Of a DNA stretch of 62,336 nt, positions 27,855-38,247 are shown piece by piece (positions within the stretch are counted from its first letter, which is position 1; each line of letters begins with the position of its first letter). Made by a program: the position numbers and the translations under genes. Location of the stretch: assembly GCA_037442745.1 (NCBI GenBank), contig JBBIPP010000002.1:110463-172798 (forward strand). Reading direction: 5' to 3'. Under the pieces are notes generated by a model. The model saw only the letters and a program-made list of their open reading frames with translations, did no database searches and was not told where the DNA came from. The stretch comes from an archaeon (GTDB lineage: Archaea > SpSt-1190 > DYHY01).

Positions 27855-30038
27855 ATGGCAACGCAGGAAGAAATCAAACAGAAAACGCTTGAATTGATGG
27901 CCAAGCCAACATTCATCAGAAACATCGGGATTGTGGCTCATGTTGACCACGGAAAGACTACTTGCACTGACAACCTCCTTGCGGGAGCGGGGATAATTTC
28001 GGACGAGCTCGCAGGCGACCAGACATGGACCGACTATGACGAGATTGAACAGCAAAGGGGAATTACAATAAAGTCCGCGAACGTCTCAATGGTCCAGGAA
28101 TATGGCAAGGATTTCTATCTGATAAACCTGATTGACACTCCCGGTCATGTCGATTTCGGAGGAGAGGTCACAAGGGCTCTTCGCGCAGTGGATGGCGCAG
28201 TCGTTATGTGCGATGCAGTGGAGGGCGTAATGCCCCAGACGGAAGCCGTCCTCAGGCAGGCCCTGAAAGAGCGGGCAAAGCCAGTCCTCTTCATTAACAA
28301 GGTAGACAGGTATGTGAAGGAGCTGAAGCTCACGCCAGAGATGATGCAAAAACAGTTCGTGAAAATAATCCAGAACGTCAACGAAATAATCTACAAGTTC
28401 GCGGCCGACGAATACAAGACAAAGTGGAGGGTATCAATTGAGGACGGCTCCGTCTCATTCGGATCGGCATACCAGAAATGGGCAATAAACGTCCCGATAA
28501 TGAAGGAATCAGGAATTGGGTTCGCCCAGATAATAAAGGCTGTCGAAGACGGGAACTCGAAGGAACTCAACAAAAAAATCCCCCTAACAAGGACACTTCT
28601 CCAGATGGTAATAAAGCACCTCCCAGACCCGGTCACAGCCCAGGCATACAGGATTCCTAGGATTTGGCATGGGGATATGGAGAGCCCCGTTGCAAAAGGC
28701 CTCCTTGCCTGCGACCCGAACGCCCAAACAATAGGAGTTGTGACAAAAGTCATAAGCGATCCGCACGCGGGAACAGTTGCGGCAGTAAGGCTCTACTCAG
28801 GGACAATCCGGGCAGGGCAGACAGTCGAACTGATTGGCGAAAAGCAGAGGGAAGTTGTCCAGCAAGTCGGAATTTACAAAGGGCCTTTCAGGCTCCTAGT
28901 CGACGCAATCCCTTGCGGAAACCTCGTTGCCCTGATCGGAATGAAGAGCGCGCGGGCAGGGGAGACAATTGCGACAGAGAAAATAGAGCCCTTTGAGGCA
29001 ATCAAGCACGCGTTCGACCCGGTCGTTACAAAGGCAATTGAGCCGAAAAGCCCCCAGGATCTTCCAAAGTTAATTGAGGCGCTGAAATCAATTGCAAGGG
29101 AGGACACAACCCTCAAGGTCACAATCGACCAGGAGACCGGGGAATATCTCTGGAGCGGTCTTGGAGAGCTCCACCTCGATGTCTGGCAGACAAGGCTTGA
29201 ACGTGACTGGAAAGTCCAGGTCAACGTTTCTCAGCCAATAGTTGTCTACAGGGAGACTGTTGCGGGAATAGGGCCTGAAGCCGAAGGCAAGTCGCCGAAC
29301 AAGCACAACAAATTCTACATGATTGTAGAGCCTCTTCCTGAGAAAATCTTCAAGGCATACGAGGAAGGGGATGTTTATGACACGCGAGTCAAGAGCAAAG
29401 ACCTTCCGCTTGTAAACAAGCTAATTGAGCTCGGAATGGAAAAGGATGTTGCGAAAAAGGTCCTTGAAATCTACAAGGGCAACTTCTTTATTGAATTGAC
29501 CAGGGGACAGGTGCATCTGCCCGAGGTAATTGACACTGTTCTCGAAGGGTGGAGGAATGTAATTGACCAGGGGCCCCTTGCAAAGGAAAAGTGCCAAGGA
29601 CTGGTTGTGAAACTGATGGACGCAACTCTCCACGAGGACGGAATCCACAGGGGACCTGCCCAGGTAATCCCGGCAGTTCGGGACGGAATAAGGGAATCTA
29701 TGGCGGGAGCGCAACCAAGGCTTCTTGAACCAATACAGAAGGTAAGGATCGACATACCCCACGAGGCAATGGGGTCGGCTTCGGGCCTTGTGCAGTCAAG
29801 GAGAGGGAAAATAATAGAAATAATTGATGAGGGAGGAAGCGCGGTGATAATGGCGGACGTCCCGGTCTCCGGAATGTTCGGATTCACGACAGACCTGAGG
29901 AGCGCAACCCAGGGAAGGGGATTTTGGAGCCTTGTTGATTCTAGGTTCGAGATGCTCCCCAAGGGCTTGACAGAGTCGACAGTAATGGAGATTCGGAAGA
30001 GAAAGGGCCTCAAGACCGAAGAAGAGAAGAAGGAATAA
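27855..30038 (+). CDS. fusA: Elongation factor 2 (aEF-2)
   Basis: A 727-aa ORF at the canonical fusA position of the archaeal str operon (after rps7, before tuf). Confidence 0.9.
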   Translation: MATQEEIKQKTLELMAKPTFIRNIGIVAHVDHGKTTCTDNLLAGAGIISDELAGDQTWTDYDEIEQQRGITIKSANVSMVQEYGKDFYLINLIDTPGHVDFGGEVTRALRAVDGAVVMCDAVEGVMPQTEAVLRQALKERAKPVLFINKVDRYVKELKLTPEMMQKQFVKIIQNVNEIIYKFAADEYKTKWRVSIEDGSVSFGSAYQKWAINVPIMKESGIGFAQIIKAVEDGNSKELNKKIPLTRTLLQMVIKHLPDPVTAQAYRIPRIWHGDMESPVAKGLLACDPNAQTIGVVTKVISDPHAGTVAAVRLYSGTIRAGQTVELIGEKQREVVQQVGIYKGPFRLLVDAIPCGNLVALIGMKSARAGETIATEKIEPFEAIKHAFDPVVTKAIEPKSPQDLPKLIEALKSIAREDTTLKVTIDQETGEYLWSGLGELHLDVWQTRLERDWKVQVNVSQPIVVYRETVAGIGPEAEGKSPNKHNKFYMIVEPLPEKIFKAYEEGDVYDTRVKSKDLPLVNKLIELGMEKDVAKKVLEIYKGNFFIELTRGQVHLPEVIDTVLEGWRNVIDQGPLAKEKCQGLVVKLMDATLHEDGIHRGPAQVIPAVRDGIRESMAGAQPRLLEPIQKVRIDIPHEAMGSASGLVQSRRGKIIEIIDEGGSAVIMADVPVSGMFGFTTDLRSATQGRGFWSLVDSRFEMLPKGLTESTVMEIRKRKGLKTEEEKKE

Positions 30039-30053
30039 TTGGCAAGAATGGAC

Positions 30054-30080
30054 GGGGCGCATGAGCGCCCCGGTTTCTTC
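30054..30080 (+). terminator. GC-rich hairpin (GGGGCGC-ATGA-GCGCCCC) plus a T-rich tail, 16 bp after the fusA stop
   Basis: A perfect 7-bp stem read directly. It is followed by GGTTTCTTC. Confidence 0.35.
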
Positions 30081-30734
30081 GAAATACAGTTACCTGCGCC
30101 TGAGAATAATTGCAAGTCTTTGGCGTTCCAATCAATTCGGCAGAGACCTAGTCGCTTCCCTTTCCGACTTTCTCAACAAGAGAAACAGGCTCCTTCCAGT
30201 CGTCCCCCTTCCAACCACGTTCAACATAGAAAACAACCATTTTCCCACATTTTCCCCGAAAACAACCATTGAGAAATTTAGATGGTTACGCCCCCCGTCA
30301 ACCGCGCCATCTTCCGGAGAGTGCCGAAACTGCCGACACAAGGGTGAATGCAATGTCGAGCGCCTAACTAACCTCCGGAAAATTGCTGTTGAGACGAGGA
30401 AGTAGGAAGGCCGAAAAGGGCCAACCAGACAACCATAACCTTTCCAACAATTGTCGGCGCACGAATAATTTGCCGGAATAGCTTTGCGGAAAGGCCCGAG
30501 AGTTTCTCCTCAACCGGAAGGAATTCCTTCGTTGAAAAGGAGAATTGACGAAAACCGTGAATATTCCTGCTGTTGCGAGGAGCGAAATCAAACAATCCCC
30601 CCTCTTTCCGAGTATCCCTTTCAGGACAAACTTTTCCAATAACTCCGTTTTAATAGGACTTGATCGGAAAGAACGACCTTTTTCTGCGTCAGCGCTCCCC
30701 TTCCAATAGGAACCCAAAATTGCGGGAGAACGCC

Positions 30735-31502
30735 CTATTTCTCGGATGCAGGGGCATTCCCCTTTCCCGCTTTGCCCCAATTTCCCCACGGTGGCCGTAT
30801 TTTCGCAATCAGGCCATTCTTCCCCTCAATGAAAATGTCAATTATGAGGAGGAGGACTAGGAACGAGAAGACCCAAAGGACAGGGAAACTCCAGATCCCA
30901 TAGTCTTTGATAACACTCCCGGCAAGTGTGTCGAGGACAGTTTTCGGAATTGCGCCAATTGCAGTGAAAACAATGAATTCGAAAAAGTCCCCATTCGTGA
31001 ACGAAGCAACGAAAACCGTTACCGTGTCGCCAGGAACCATTGGTGCCGCCCGTGTAAGCAGGTATGCCTTTCTCCGGGAGCGAGCTTTCCTGAAAAAATC
31101 CCTCACATACCCGATTTCCGCCTGGACAATCCCGGAATACCCGAAGAACTTGCTCGCCTTTCTTGCGAGGAAGAAAAGTATTGCGGTGCCAAGAAGGCTT
31201 CCGAAATAATTGAGGAAAACTGCGTTCCAAAAACCGAACAGGTAGCCCGAGGCGACTGTTACAACGCTTCCGGGAAGGAAAAAAACAACTGCCTGGACAA
31301 TGTAGAGGAGGACGACTATTACCGGGCCCAAAAGACCGCTCTCATCAACAACGTTTATCATTTTCTGGCGGTTGAGGAAGAGTTCATAGAGGAGGAAGAA
31401 GAGGCCGAAAAACAGAGCGCTTCCGAGCACTCCGAATATAATCTTTTTTTTGTCCACGCAGATTTCCAGAAATACTCTTTTTAAGACTCGTGTAGGGCTC
31501 AC
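30735..31502 (-). CDS. DedA/TVP38 (SNARE-associated) family membrane protein, antisense to the str operon
   Basis: [43 protein letters not shown] is the DedA signature region. Multiple TM helices are present. Confidence 0.7.
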   Translation of the reverse strand: MSPTRVLKRVFLEICVDKKKIIFGVLGSALFFGLFFLLYELFLNRQKMINVVDESGLLGPVIVVLLYIVQAVVFFLPGSVVTVASGYLFGFWNAVFLNYFGSLLGTAILFFLARKASKFFGYSGIVQAEIGYVRDFFRKARSRRKAYLLTRAAPMVPGDTVTVFVASFTNGDFFEFIVFTAIGAIPKTVLDTLAGSVIKDYGIWSFPVLWVFSFLVLLLIIDIFIEGKNGLIAKIRPPWGNWGKAGKGNAPASEK

Positions 31503-31559
31503 GAAACCCCCAACAAAATCTTTTTAAATGCACTTCATTGCCACTTACCAACCAAAAAG

Positions 31560-32843
31560 GTGAACAAAAAAATGGCAAACAAAGCACACATGAACCTGAT
31601 TTTTATCGGGCACGTTGACCACGGAAAGAGCACGACAGTCGGACGGGTGCTCTTTGACACCGGGGCAATCTCGGAAGGAGACATGAAGAAGCTCCAGGAC
31701 AAGGCGAAGGAGTTCGGAATGGAAGGAACTGAGCTCGCATATGTAATGGACAACCTGAAAGAGGAAAGGCAGAGAGGGATGACAATTGACTTGTCCCACA
31801 AAAAGTTCGAATCCCAGAAATACTATTACACAATAATCGACGCACCGGGGCACAGGGACTTTGTAAAGAACATGATTACAGGAGTGTCCCAGGCGGACGC
31901 GGCAGTCCTCGTAGTCTCCTGCGTTGAAGGACCACAGGCCCAGACAAAGGAGCACATTTTCCTCGCTAGAACCTTGGGAATCAAGCAGTTGATAATTGCA
32001 GTCAACAAGATGGACAGGGAAAACTATTCCGAGGAAGCCTTCAAGAGGACGAAGGAAGCAGTAACAGAGTTCCTAAAGCAGATAGGCTACAAGATTGACG
32101 AGATAAAGTTCATCCCAATATCAGGGCTAAAGGGAGACAACGTTGTAAAGAAATCGACAAACACGCCCTGGTACAACGGACCCGCTCTCTTGGAAGCGTG
32201 CGACCAGTTCGCGCCTCCTGAAAAGCCCGTTGACAAGCCCCTTAGACTCCCAATCCAAGAAGCATACACAATCACAGGAATTGGAACAGTTCCGGTTGGC
32301 AGAGTTGAAACCGGGAAAATGAAGCCGAACGACACAATTGTCTTCATGCCCTCAGGAATTAAGGCAGAGGTAAAATCAATTGAAATGCACCACGAGCAGC
32401 TGACTGAAGCACTTCCGGGAGACAACGTCGGATTCTCAGTAAAGGGAATAGGAAAGAACGATGTCCACAGGGGAGATGTTGCAGGAAGCCCGTCTAACCC
32501 GCCGACTGTTGTCTCGGAATTCACGGCCCAGATTGTTGTACTTAACCATCCGACGGTAATTGCGAAAGGATACACTCCGGTGTTCCACGCCCACACCGCG
32601 CAGGTTGCGTGCACATTCACAGAGCTCCTGAAGAAAATTGACCCCAAGACCGGACAGGTTTCTCAGGAGAACCCCGACTTTATCAAGACGGGAGACGTCG
32701 CAGTTGTCAAATGCGTTCCCCTAAAGCCCCTATGCCTTGAGCGGGCAAAGGACTTCCCGCCACTCGGAAGGTTCGCAATCAGGGACATGGGTCAGACAGT
32801 TGCCGCAGGAATGGTAATTGACCTTGTCCCCAAGACGAACTAA
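31560..32843 (+). CDS. tuf: Elongation factor 1-alpha (aEF-1alpha)
   Basis: A 427-aa ORF at the canonical tuf position of the archaeal str operon (after fusA, before rps10). Confidence 0.9.
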   Translation: MNKKMANKAHMNLIFIGHVDHGKSTTVGRVLFDTGAISEGDMKKLQDKAKEFGMEGTELAYVMDNLKEERQRGMTIDLSHKKFESQKYYYTIIDAPGHRDFVKNMITGVSQADAAVLVVSCVEGPQAQTKEHIFLARTLGIKQLIIAVNKMDRENYSEEAFKRTKEAVTEFLKQIGYKIDEIKFIPISGLKGDNVVKKSTNTPWYNGPALLEACDQFAPPEKPVDKPLRLPIQEAYTITGIGTVPVGRVETGKMKPNDTIVFMPSGIKAEVKSIEMHHEQLTEALPGDNVGFSVKGIGKNDVHRGDVAGSPSNPPTVVSEFTAQIVVLNHPTVIAKGYTPVFHAHTAQVACTFTELLKKIDPKTGQVSQENPDFIKTGDVAVVKCVPLKPLCLERAKDFPPLGRFAIRDMGQTVAAGMVIDLVPKTN

Positions 32844-32873
32844 TTGAGTAAAAAGGCGAGACGTGAAAAGACA

Positions 32874-33188
32874 ATGCAAAAAGCCAGGATAAAGCTGTCA
32901 GGGGCAGATTCAAAGGTTCTTGACAGCCTTGGCTCCCAGATAAAGGACATTGCCCTGAAGACAGGAGTGAAGGTCTCTGGCCCAGTTCCGCTTCCGACAA
33001 AGAAGCTGAAAATCACTACACTGAAATCCCCTGATGGGGAAGGGACAATGACCTGGGAGCGCTGGGAGATGCGCGTCCACAAACGGCTCGTTGATCTCGG
33101 AGTCGACGACCGGGCAATGAGGCAGATAATGCGCCTCAACGTCCCAGAGGGCGTCAACATCGAGATTGAACTCAGGGAAGCCAAGTGA
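32874..33188 (+). CDS. rps10: 30S ribosomal protein S10
   Basis: [45 protein letters not shown]...HKRLVDL. The start is set at 32874 to give the usual ~104-aa length. Confidence 0.8.
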   Translation: MQKARIKLSGADSKVLDSLGSQIKDIALKTGVKVSGPVPLPTKKLKITTLKSPDGEGTMTWERWEMRVHKRLVDLGVDDRAMRQIMRLNVPEGVNIEIELREAK

Positions 33189-33274
33189 GTCCGAAAGAAC
33201 GAACGCTGTCCGGACTGACCAAAACAGGCAAATCCGGTTGATTTGTTTTCCGGAATTTTTCTTTTATTTTTCAG

Positions 33275-33538
33275 CTAAACCTTCTGCCCAGGGCTCAAGT
33301 CGTGCTCGGCAACGAAATCAACCACTTTCTGGAAGAGCGCGTGGTTCTCAATTCCTTCGATTTTCTTCGAGAGCCATTCCAATGTCTCGTCTTTTCTCGT
33401 ACCCTCAATGTCTAAACGTTCCCGAAACCCCTTGGCAAAATCCTCGGCAGATTCCTTGTCCCCCCGATCAATTGCCTTGACAAATTCGGAGAACTCGGAA
33501 TCAAGGAGCTCCTCTTCCAGCCCAGAGAACGGAACCAT
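33275..33538 (-). CDS. Small acidic hypothetical protein (87 aa) immediately downstream of argF
   Basis: Its ATG directly abuts the argF stop codon on the same strand, which suggests translational coupling. Confidence 0.35.
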   Translation of the reverse strand: MVPFSGLEEELLDSEFSEFVKAIDRGDKESAEDFAKGFRERLDIEGTRKDETLEWLSKKIEGIENHALFQKVVDFVAEHDLSPGQKV

Positions 33539-34483
33539 CTATAGCTTCGCCTTCCCAAGGAGCCAGAGAATTATTGCCATCTCTGTCCAGAGCCGGTTCT
33601 CCGCCTCGTCAAAAACAACCGATTGCTTTCCGTCAATCACTTCTGCCGTCACTTCCATCCCCCTTTTCGCCGGAAGGCAGTGGAGGAAAATAGCGTCCTT
33701 CTTCGCAAGAGACATTTTTCCAAGGTCAACCTGATAGGGGGAGAGTATTTTCACTCTCTCTTCCTGTGAGTCCTTTGGAATATGATAGCTCATCCAGCTG
33801 TCAGTCACAACAAGGTCGGCTTCCCTTAGCGCTTCCTCAGGGTCATTTGTCACGGAGACTTTGGCGCCCGTTTTCCCCCCCTCATAGGAGGCAATGTGGA
33901 GAACCTCCTTTTTCGGGGAATATTCCACCATTTCCGGACAGGCAACCGAGACAGATATCCCCATTTTTGCGCACCCGACAAGGAGGGAATGAGTAACGTT
34001 GTTGTTCCCGTCCCCGAGATAGCAGAGCTTCAGTCCCTTCAGCCTCCCTTTCTTTTCCTTGATTGCCATTAAATCCGCCACAATCTGGCAAGGGTGAGAA
34101 TAGTTTGTTAGCGCATTAATTACCGGAACAGTCGAATTTTTCGCGAACTCCAAAATATCCTCGTGCCTGTAGAGACGGGCCAAAATTATGTCAACGTAGC
34201 GGGAAGCCGTTTTCGCAGTGTCGGCAATTGTCTCCCCTTTGCCAATGGGGGAATTCGCAACGTCATAGTAAATCGCGTGCCCGCCCATTTTCTCCATCCC
34301 GACCTCGAAACTAACCCTTGTCCGAAGGGAGGGCTTTTCAAAGAACATGAGAAGGGTCTTTCCGGAGAGCTTGCGGGAATATCTTGCCGGGGCTCTTTTG
34401 ATTTTTCCGGCAAGGGAAATTAGCCCGGAAAGCTCCCTTCCGGACAAGTCAGACAAATCAACGAAATCCCTTTTCTTTGCCAT
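33539..34483 (-). CDS. argF: Ornithine carbamoyltransferase
   Basis: STRTRVSFEVGMEKMGGHAIY (carbamoyl-phosphate binding) and HCLPAKRGMEVT (the HCLP motif characteristic of OTCase rather than ATCase). Confidence 0.8.
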   Translation of the reverse strand: MAKKRDFVDLSDLSGRELSGLISLAGKIKRAPARYSRKLSGKTLLMFFEKPSLRTRVSFEVGMEKMGGHAIYYDVANSPIGKGETIADTAKTASRYVDIILARLYRHEDILEFAKNSTVPVINALTNYSHPCQIVADLMAIKEKKGRLKGLKLCYLGDGNNNVTHSLLVGCAKMGISVSVACPEMVEYSPKKEVLHIASYEGGKTGAKVSVTNDPEEALREADLVVTDSWMSYHIPKDSQEERVKILSPYQVDLGKMSLAKKDAIFLHCLPAKRGMEVTAEVIDGKQSVVFDEAENRLWTEMAIILWLLGKAKL

Positions 34484-34564
34484 TGGGGAATCCGCGCGAA
34501 TCTTGTTTTTATCAGTTGTCCTTTGTGCGAGAGTTAAAAAGGGCCCCGAAGAGCAAAACTACGA

Positions 34565-35878
34565 ATGGAAGACTCTTCAATAAAATTCCAGAATTTCCTG
34601 ACTAATGACGAATTGGAGGAAATCGCGGGCGCGGTGAAGTCGTCTCCCAAGGGGAAGCTCCTGATAAACTGCCTCTATCTTCTATCGGGAAACGGCCATT
34701 ACCGGGGCGCATCATCAGTTGCCCGGGCGGCGGAGATTGTGAATGCGGAGCTCCATGAGCGTAAACTACTCTCAGAGTCAGAACAGATTGTCCCAAAACT
34801 CATTTATTTCCCCTCCCTAATTTCCGGCCCCTCAGCACGCTTCTTTGAGTGGGGCGCAAGGGACCTCTACGAAACCCTCTCGAAAATGCTCTTTTTCCAG
34901 TACAGCTGGAACGACGCTTCAAGGGAAATGGCGGAGAGCTCGCGTCTGGACGCGCTTTCCTTTTTCACGAGGAAACTTATGGAGGCGTCAAAGCTGAAAA
35001 GCCCGCTTGAGGGCGTTATTCTCTCCTTCCATTTCGCCCCCGGAGATGTTTTTTCAAAATATCCGGAATATTCCAACAGGTTCGCAATAGTGCCCCTAGA
35101 CGACCTAGTTTACCCTAGCTTTGTCCGGAAGGAGACTCAGAACTATTTCGCGGGGTCTGAGCGGTGCAAGGACGACATAATAAGGGCGCTCTCCTCGGAC
35201 GGAATCCCCTCCGCAAATGCGTCATTTAGGGTGAAAGTCACCGGCCAACCCGTTAATCCGGATTCAATAAGGGGCGCTCCTTGGATTGAAGGAAATGAAG
35301 ACAAGAAAAAGGAAGATTCGCAAGACAAGCCGAAACGTTATCTGATTGCAATGGGGGGTGCTGGAGCCCAGCTTCCAGAAATGAAAAAACTCCTCTCCTC
35401 CTTCTCAAAATATCCCGGGAAACGCCCGGAAATAGTCTTCTATGTAGGGCATCACCAAGATGCGGCAAAGGAGTTGGAGAAACTTTCCGGTCCTGAAGGG
35501 ACAATAATTTCCAAGAACTCAAACAGGCTCGAGGCAATTGACAAGTTGTCCTCAGAGATACGGAAATGCGACGCTTTCATAACGAAACCGAGCGAACTCG
35601 CATTCTATCCGGCGCCAATATACTCCCTTCCCCCAATAGGATACCACGAATCTAGGAACCTTGCGACAATAATCTCTGAAAAGCGCGGGCGCGTTATCCA
35701 CTCTCTCTGGAAGGGTGAAATGATCCCTTTGGATCCTCTTGAGGAAATACTTAACTATGAGGACGGTCTTGAGAAACTTTCAAAGGGAGCGCTCCTCAAG
35801 AACCCGAACACTCCCGGAGCTTTCCGAATGGTCAGAGAAGCGTGCAAAATAGCCCCGGCCCAAACAAAGGAGAAATAG
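34565..35878 (+). CDS. Putative GT-B glycosyltransferase (MurG/MGDG-synthase-like C-terminal domain)
   Basis: YLIAMGGAGAQLPEM...FITKPSELAFYPAPIYSLPPIGYHESRNLATI resembles the GT28 C-terminal donor-binding region. This is an inference. Confidence 0.35.
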   Translation: MEDSSIKFQNFLTNDELEEIAGAVKSSPKGKLLINCLYLLSGNGHYRGASSVARAAEIVNAELHERKLLSESEQIVPKLIYFPSLISGPSARFFEWGARDLYETLSKMLFFQYSWNDASREMAESSRLDALSFFTRKLMEASKLKSPLEGVILSFHFAPGDVFSKYPEYSNRFAIVPLDDLVYPSFVRKETQNYFAGSERCKDDIIRALSSDGIPSANASFRVKVTGQPVNPDSIRGAPWIEGNEDKKKEDSQDKPKRYLIAMGGAGAQLPEMKKLLSSFSKYPGKRPEIVFYVGHHQDAAKELEKLSGPEGTIISKNSNRLEAIDKLSSEIRKCDAFITKPSELAFYPAPIYSLPPIGYHESRNLATIISEKRGRVIHSLWKGEMIPLDPLEEILNYEDGLEKLSKGALLKNPNTPGAFRMVREACKIAPAQTKEK

Positions 35879-36910
35879 TCACCTTTTTTTCCGGAGAATA
35901 AACTCCAAAGTTTTCCTGTTCAGGAAATCCTTGGCGTTTGCCAAATGAGGGTGCGAGAAAACACCGAATCCTATCGAGACTGTCAGGCTGTTTGCCGAGA
36001 CCTTTTCAAGGACAATTGAGACCTTTTCCCGCTTTATTCCCGCAAAATCCCTTGCCTCCTTCGAGAGTACTGCCGCGTTCAGGTGTTTTTCGAGCGCCTT
36101 GAGGTCGGTTTCCTTCGGAGTTTCCACAAGTATTGACGAGCCGAACTCGTCAGTGGGTCTTGAGAGGTTAGTCACCCTCTGTTTTGCGAGCTCGCTATTC
36201 GATATCATTATCAAGTTTCCGTTCAGGTCCTCCAAGCGCGAGCTACGGAGGCCTATTTTCACGAGGCGCGCGACCTCCCCATTGGAGCTGAATTTAAGGT
36301 ACTCTCCGTACGCTAAGGGCCTGTCGAGCTGGAGAGCCAACCCTGCGAAAATGTTCGCAAGAGTCTCCTGGCTTGCGAGCCCGATGACGACGCCCACAAC
36401 GCTAGCAATTGCAAAGAGCCCGGTTACGTTTATCCCGATAAATGAAAGCGCGATTGTCGTCCCGACAGACACAATCACAATTTTCGATAGCTTCCTGACA
36501 AAAGGCAGGAGGGAGACATCAACTTTTATGTTCTTTACGTAGCTCTTCTGCCTCCCCTCAAGATAATACCATCTGAGGATTGCCCCAACAACCTCAGCCA
36601 CGGAATATGCCAAAAGGAAAACCGTTATTGAGATTGAATATCTAGAAATAATCTCCCGAAGGCCGGATAGGTTCACCATGTGGCGGGAGAGCTCGTAGAT
36701 TACTAGTGAAATCGAAATCGCGACAATAGGCCCGTCCAATTCCTCAATAATAAAGTCGTCAAGCTTTGTATTTGTCCGCCGAGCAATCTTCTTTATCGCC
36801 GTCTGGAGGAGAATGTGGGCGGTCTTTCCGACAAGAAAGCCACCGACAAAAAGCCAGACAATTTCGAGCAAGACAACAACGAAAACCGGGATTTCCATTG
36901 GAATTAGCAA
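35879..36910 (-). CDS. mscS: Small-conductance mechanosensitive channel (MscS family)
   Basis: IGLASQETLANIFAGLALQLDRPLAYGEYLKF is the MscS signature region. There are 3 N-terminal TM helices. Confidence 0.75.
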   Translation of the reverse strand: MLIPMEIPVFVVVLLEIVWLFVGGFLVGKTAHILLQTAIKKIARRTNTKLDDFIIEELDGPIVAISISLVIYELSRHMVNLSGLREIISRYSISITVFLLAYSVAEVVGAILRWYYLEGRQKSYVKNIKVDVSLLPFVRKLSKIVIVSVGTTIALSFIGINVTGLFAIASVVGVVIGLASQETLANIFAGLALQLDRPLAYGEYLKFSSNGEVARLVKIGLRSSRLEDLNGNLIMISNSELAKQRVTNLSRPTDEFGSSILVETPKETDLKALEKHLNAAVLSKEARDFAGIKREKVSIVLEKVSANSLTVSIGFGVFSHPHLANAKDFLNRKTLEFILRKKR

Positions 36911-37980
36911 GCCCTCTTTTCTTTATAACTCCTTTCCCGTTTAACCGGATTTACTCAACAGCTTTTTTTCAAACCACTCAATCACTGCCGTGACAATTAA
37001 CGGCCGGGCACCTGTTGCGTCCGAATAGACCTCTACTTGGCGGGCCCTCATCAGACTGGGGAACGAACTTGCCCTAGGAAACCACTTTTGAATATGTGCA
37101 TCCGGAGAGGCTCCTCCAATTGACTGGCTCCGGGAACACCCGGACCGCATAGTGGAAGCGTTTGAAAGCCCCCATTTTCCAATCCTTTTGTTTATTGTGT
37201 CAAGATACGGCCCGACCCGCTCCGCCCAATTCCTAGGGACGCCTCCTCCAACAGTGAATATGCCTAGTTTTTTCTGACTAATTTACCTTCGCAGTATAGT
37301 CTTCGAGATCAAGGAAGCGATTATATATTGCCGGTTTTTCCAAGAATTTTCATTCTACGGCAACATATTCCGAAATCCGGCCAGAACTCTGAACCGCTGA
37401 AAGCAGGGATATAGACAGGAACGTTCTTCAGATATTCGCCTTTCAGGACTCCTCAGGCTTTTTTAGAGGCGTTTTTGGCAAAATATTTTCCGGACATTGA
37501 ATCATCTCCATGCTGCAAGTCTCGCTTCCGGCAGGAAGAGTCATGTAAATTACGCTAATTATTTCTTCAGAGATGTCCAAGTTTCTCTCAAGTTCAGGAG
37601 TGCAATATCCCCATTAATAGAGCTCGACATTGTTCATTTTGTTGGGCTCTTACTTGAGTAATTCCTGCTGCCTCTCCGATTCCCTGAATAGCTCTTTCGG
37701 ACAGTTGCGTCCACCATCCCCTCCTCGATTATTTCGCAGACAACAAGGCCAATTTTGGCATCAGTCATTGCGCCGGAGAGGGTCTTGACTCTAGAGAACT
37801 TGGACAGGTCGAGGGATTTCAGAGAGGGCCTGAAGCCGCAGGCAAACCCCCTCCGGCAGTTCTTGAGCTTCCTTCGAGTGTCCTTTTTCAGGCATTTCGA
37901 AACTCCCCGGGAGATTGTCCTAGCTCTTTAAATTATTTCCGAGAAAATAAAATTTGCGTGGACTTCTCACCCCGCGCAAA
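36911..37980 (-). pseudogene. ORF-free ~1.07-kb stretch containing frame-broken coding-like fragments on the minus strand. It is a probable degraded gene of unknown identity.
   Basis: The longest ORF is 69 aa. Minus-strand fragments (for example CLKKDTRRKLKNCRRGFACGFRP..., ...VEVYSDATGARPLIVTAVIEWFEKK) switch frame repeatedly. Confidence 0.3.
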
Positions 37981-37983
37981 AAA

Positions 37984-38247
37984 CTATCCTAAAATATCCG
38001 ACTCGAACTCGTCGGCAACAAAGAACGAGTCGTTACCTTCCAGACCAGCAAGTTCGCTTTCCAGACTCGAAAAGTCGTCCTGGGAAATTCCCCCATGCGA
38101 ACCAGTTCCTGAGACTGAAGCTACGTCTGATTGGAGGCTTCCTCCCGATGCCTGAGAATTCGCCGACTTTCCAACACAGCCCGCAAGGAGAACGAGCGAT
38201 GCCAGAAGAACTGCGAAAGCCGCGATTGTTCCCTTCCCCATCTTCAT
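37984..38247 (-). CDS. Small secreted/lipoprotein-like Gly/Ser-rich protein
   Basis: It has a signal peptide with a lipobox-like LLAGC. ATGA overlap with the upstream gene. Confidence 0.4.
   Translation of the reverse strand: MKMGKGTIAAFAVLLASLVLLAGCVGKSANSQASGGSLQSDVASVSGTGSHGGISQDDFSSLESELAGLEGNDSFFVADEFESDILG

Noticed and set aside
30039-30405. ORFs 30039..30272 and 30061..30405 as genes between fusA and tuf
   Set aside because: Their translations are low-complexity (P/S/R-rich) and overlap each other. There is no start context, so they are more likely non-coding.
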